Source: Bdellovibrionota bacterium
Lineage (GTDB): Bacteria; Bdellovibrionota; UBA2428
Length of the DNA stretch: 64,000 nucleotides
Assembly (NCBI GenBank): GCA_035539375.1
Contig: DATLIP010000114.1
Coordinates: forward strand, 7,443-71,442
Reading direction: 5' to 3'
Shown here: piece by piece, positions 63,849 to 64,000 of the stretch
Position numbering within the stretch: the stretch's first letter is position 1
How the letters are laid out: the number at the start of each line of letters is the position of its first letter
Notes under the pieces: generated by a model
Seen by the model: only the letters and a program-made list of their open reading frames with translations
Database searches by the model: none
Told to the model about the DNA's origin: nothing
Program-made: the position numbers and the translations under genes

Positions 63849-64000
63849 ATGAAGAAGTCGAGAAATCTCGCCGCGTTCTGTCTTTTCTTCACCTTCGCGC
63901 TCTTCGCCCTTCCGGGCCGCGCCTCGGTTCTCGGCGCCTACTTTTTTGCCGAACAAGTCCGCCTGAACCACAGTGGTTACGCACAAAACGTCATCGACGT
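63849..64000 (+). CDS. Secreted hypothetical protein, N-terminal fragment (continues beyond the window)
   Basis: ATG 6 nt after the rapA stop; signal peptide MKKSRNLAAFCLFFTFALFALPGRASV. Confidence 0.4.
   Translation, partial: MKKSRNLAAFCLFFTFALFALPGRASVLGAYFFAEQVRLNHSGYAQNVID

Noticed and set aside
61701-63986. Minus-strand ORFs of 409 and 344 aa
   Set aside because: Antisense to rapA.

Overview
This 64-kb window comes from a roughly 60% GC diderm (Gram-negative) genome. About 55 protein-coding genes are packed densely, many with 4-bp start/stop overlaps. Gene content and order (bamA-skp-lpxD-fabZ-lpxA, lpxB-lpxK-lpxL, lnt, a single-permease lolCD) fit a delta-proteobacterium or Bdellovibrionota-like lineage; this is inference only. 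The core block contains: tRNA modification genes (tapT/DTW, mnmA, cysteine desulfurase); a cluster of secreted and outer-membrane hypothetical proteins; lnt and cmk; an LPS core / lipid A locus (two KdtX/WaaE-like GT2 genes, a GT9 heptosyltransferase, DUF3108, lpxL, lpxK, lpxB, a Gfo/Idh/MocA oxidoreductase, lpxA, fabZ, lpxD); skp, bamA, lolD, lolC/E and lysS. The second half holds an M48 lipoprotease, an HMA periplasmic protein, an AI-2E transporter and pdxY. It also holds a minus-strand operon nth - M20 amidohydrolase - tetR - two giant secreted proteins of unknown function. After that come ugpCBAEQ, a GNAT, a GAF/HD-GYP protein, an exported J-domain protein with HPD->HSD, a nitroreductase plus NYN pair, an OM beta-barrel plus giant Big_1/cadherin-like lipoprotein adhesin plus HExxH secreted protein, aguA-aguB and rapA. 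Accessory or unusual DNA includes: a 32-bp perfect inverted-repeat element at 269-532; a ~0.9-kb low-GC cassette flanked by ~37-bp imperfect inverted repeats between convergent LPS genes; a second low-GC gene at 45.5-46.3 kb; a GGTATCC/GGATACC motif array upstream of rapA; and a long hairpin in the AI-2E leader. No rRNA, tRNA or CRISPR array was seen by eye. Long antisense ORFs are abundant (high GC) and were rejected. Coordinates I derived by hand indexing may be off by 1-2 nt.
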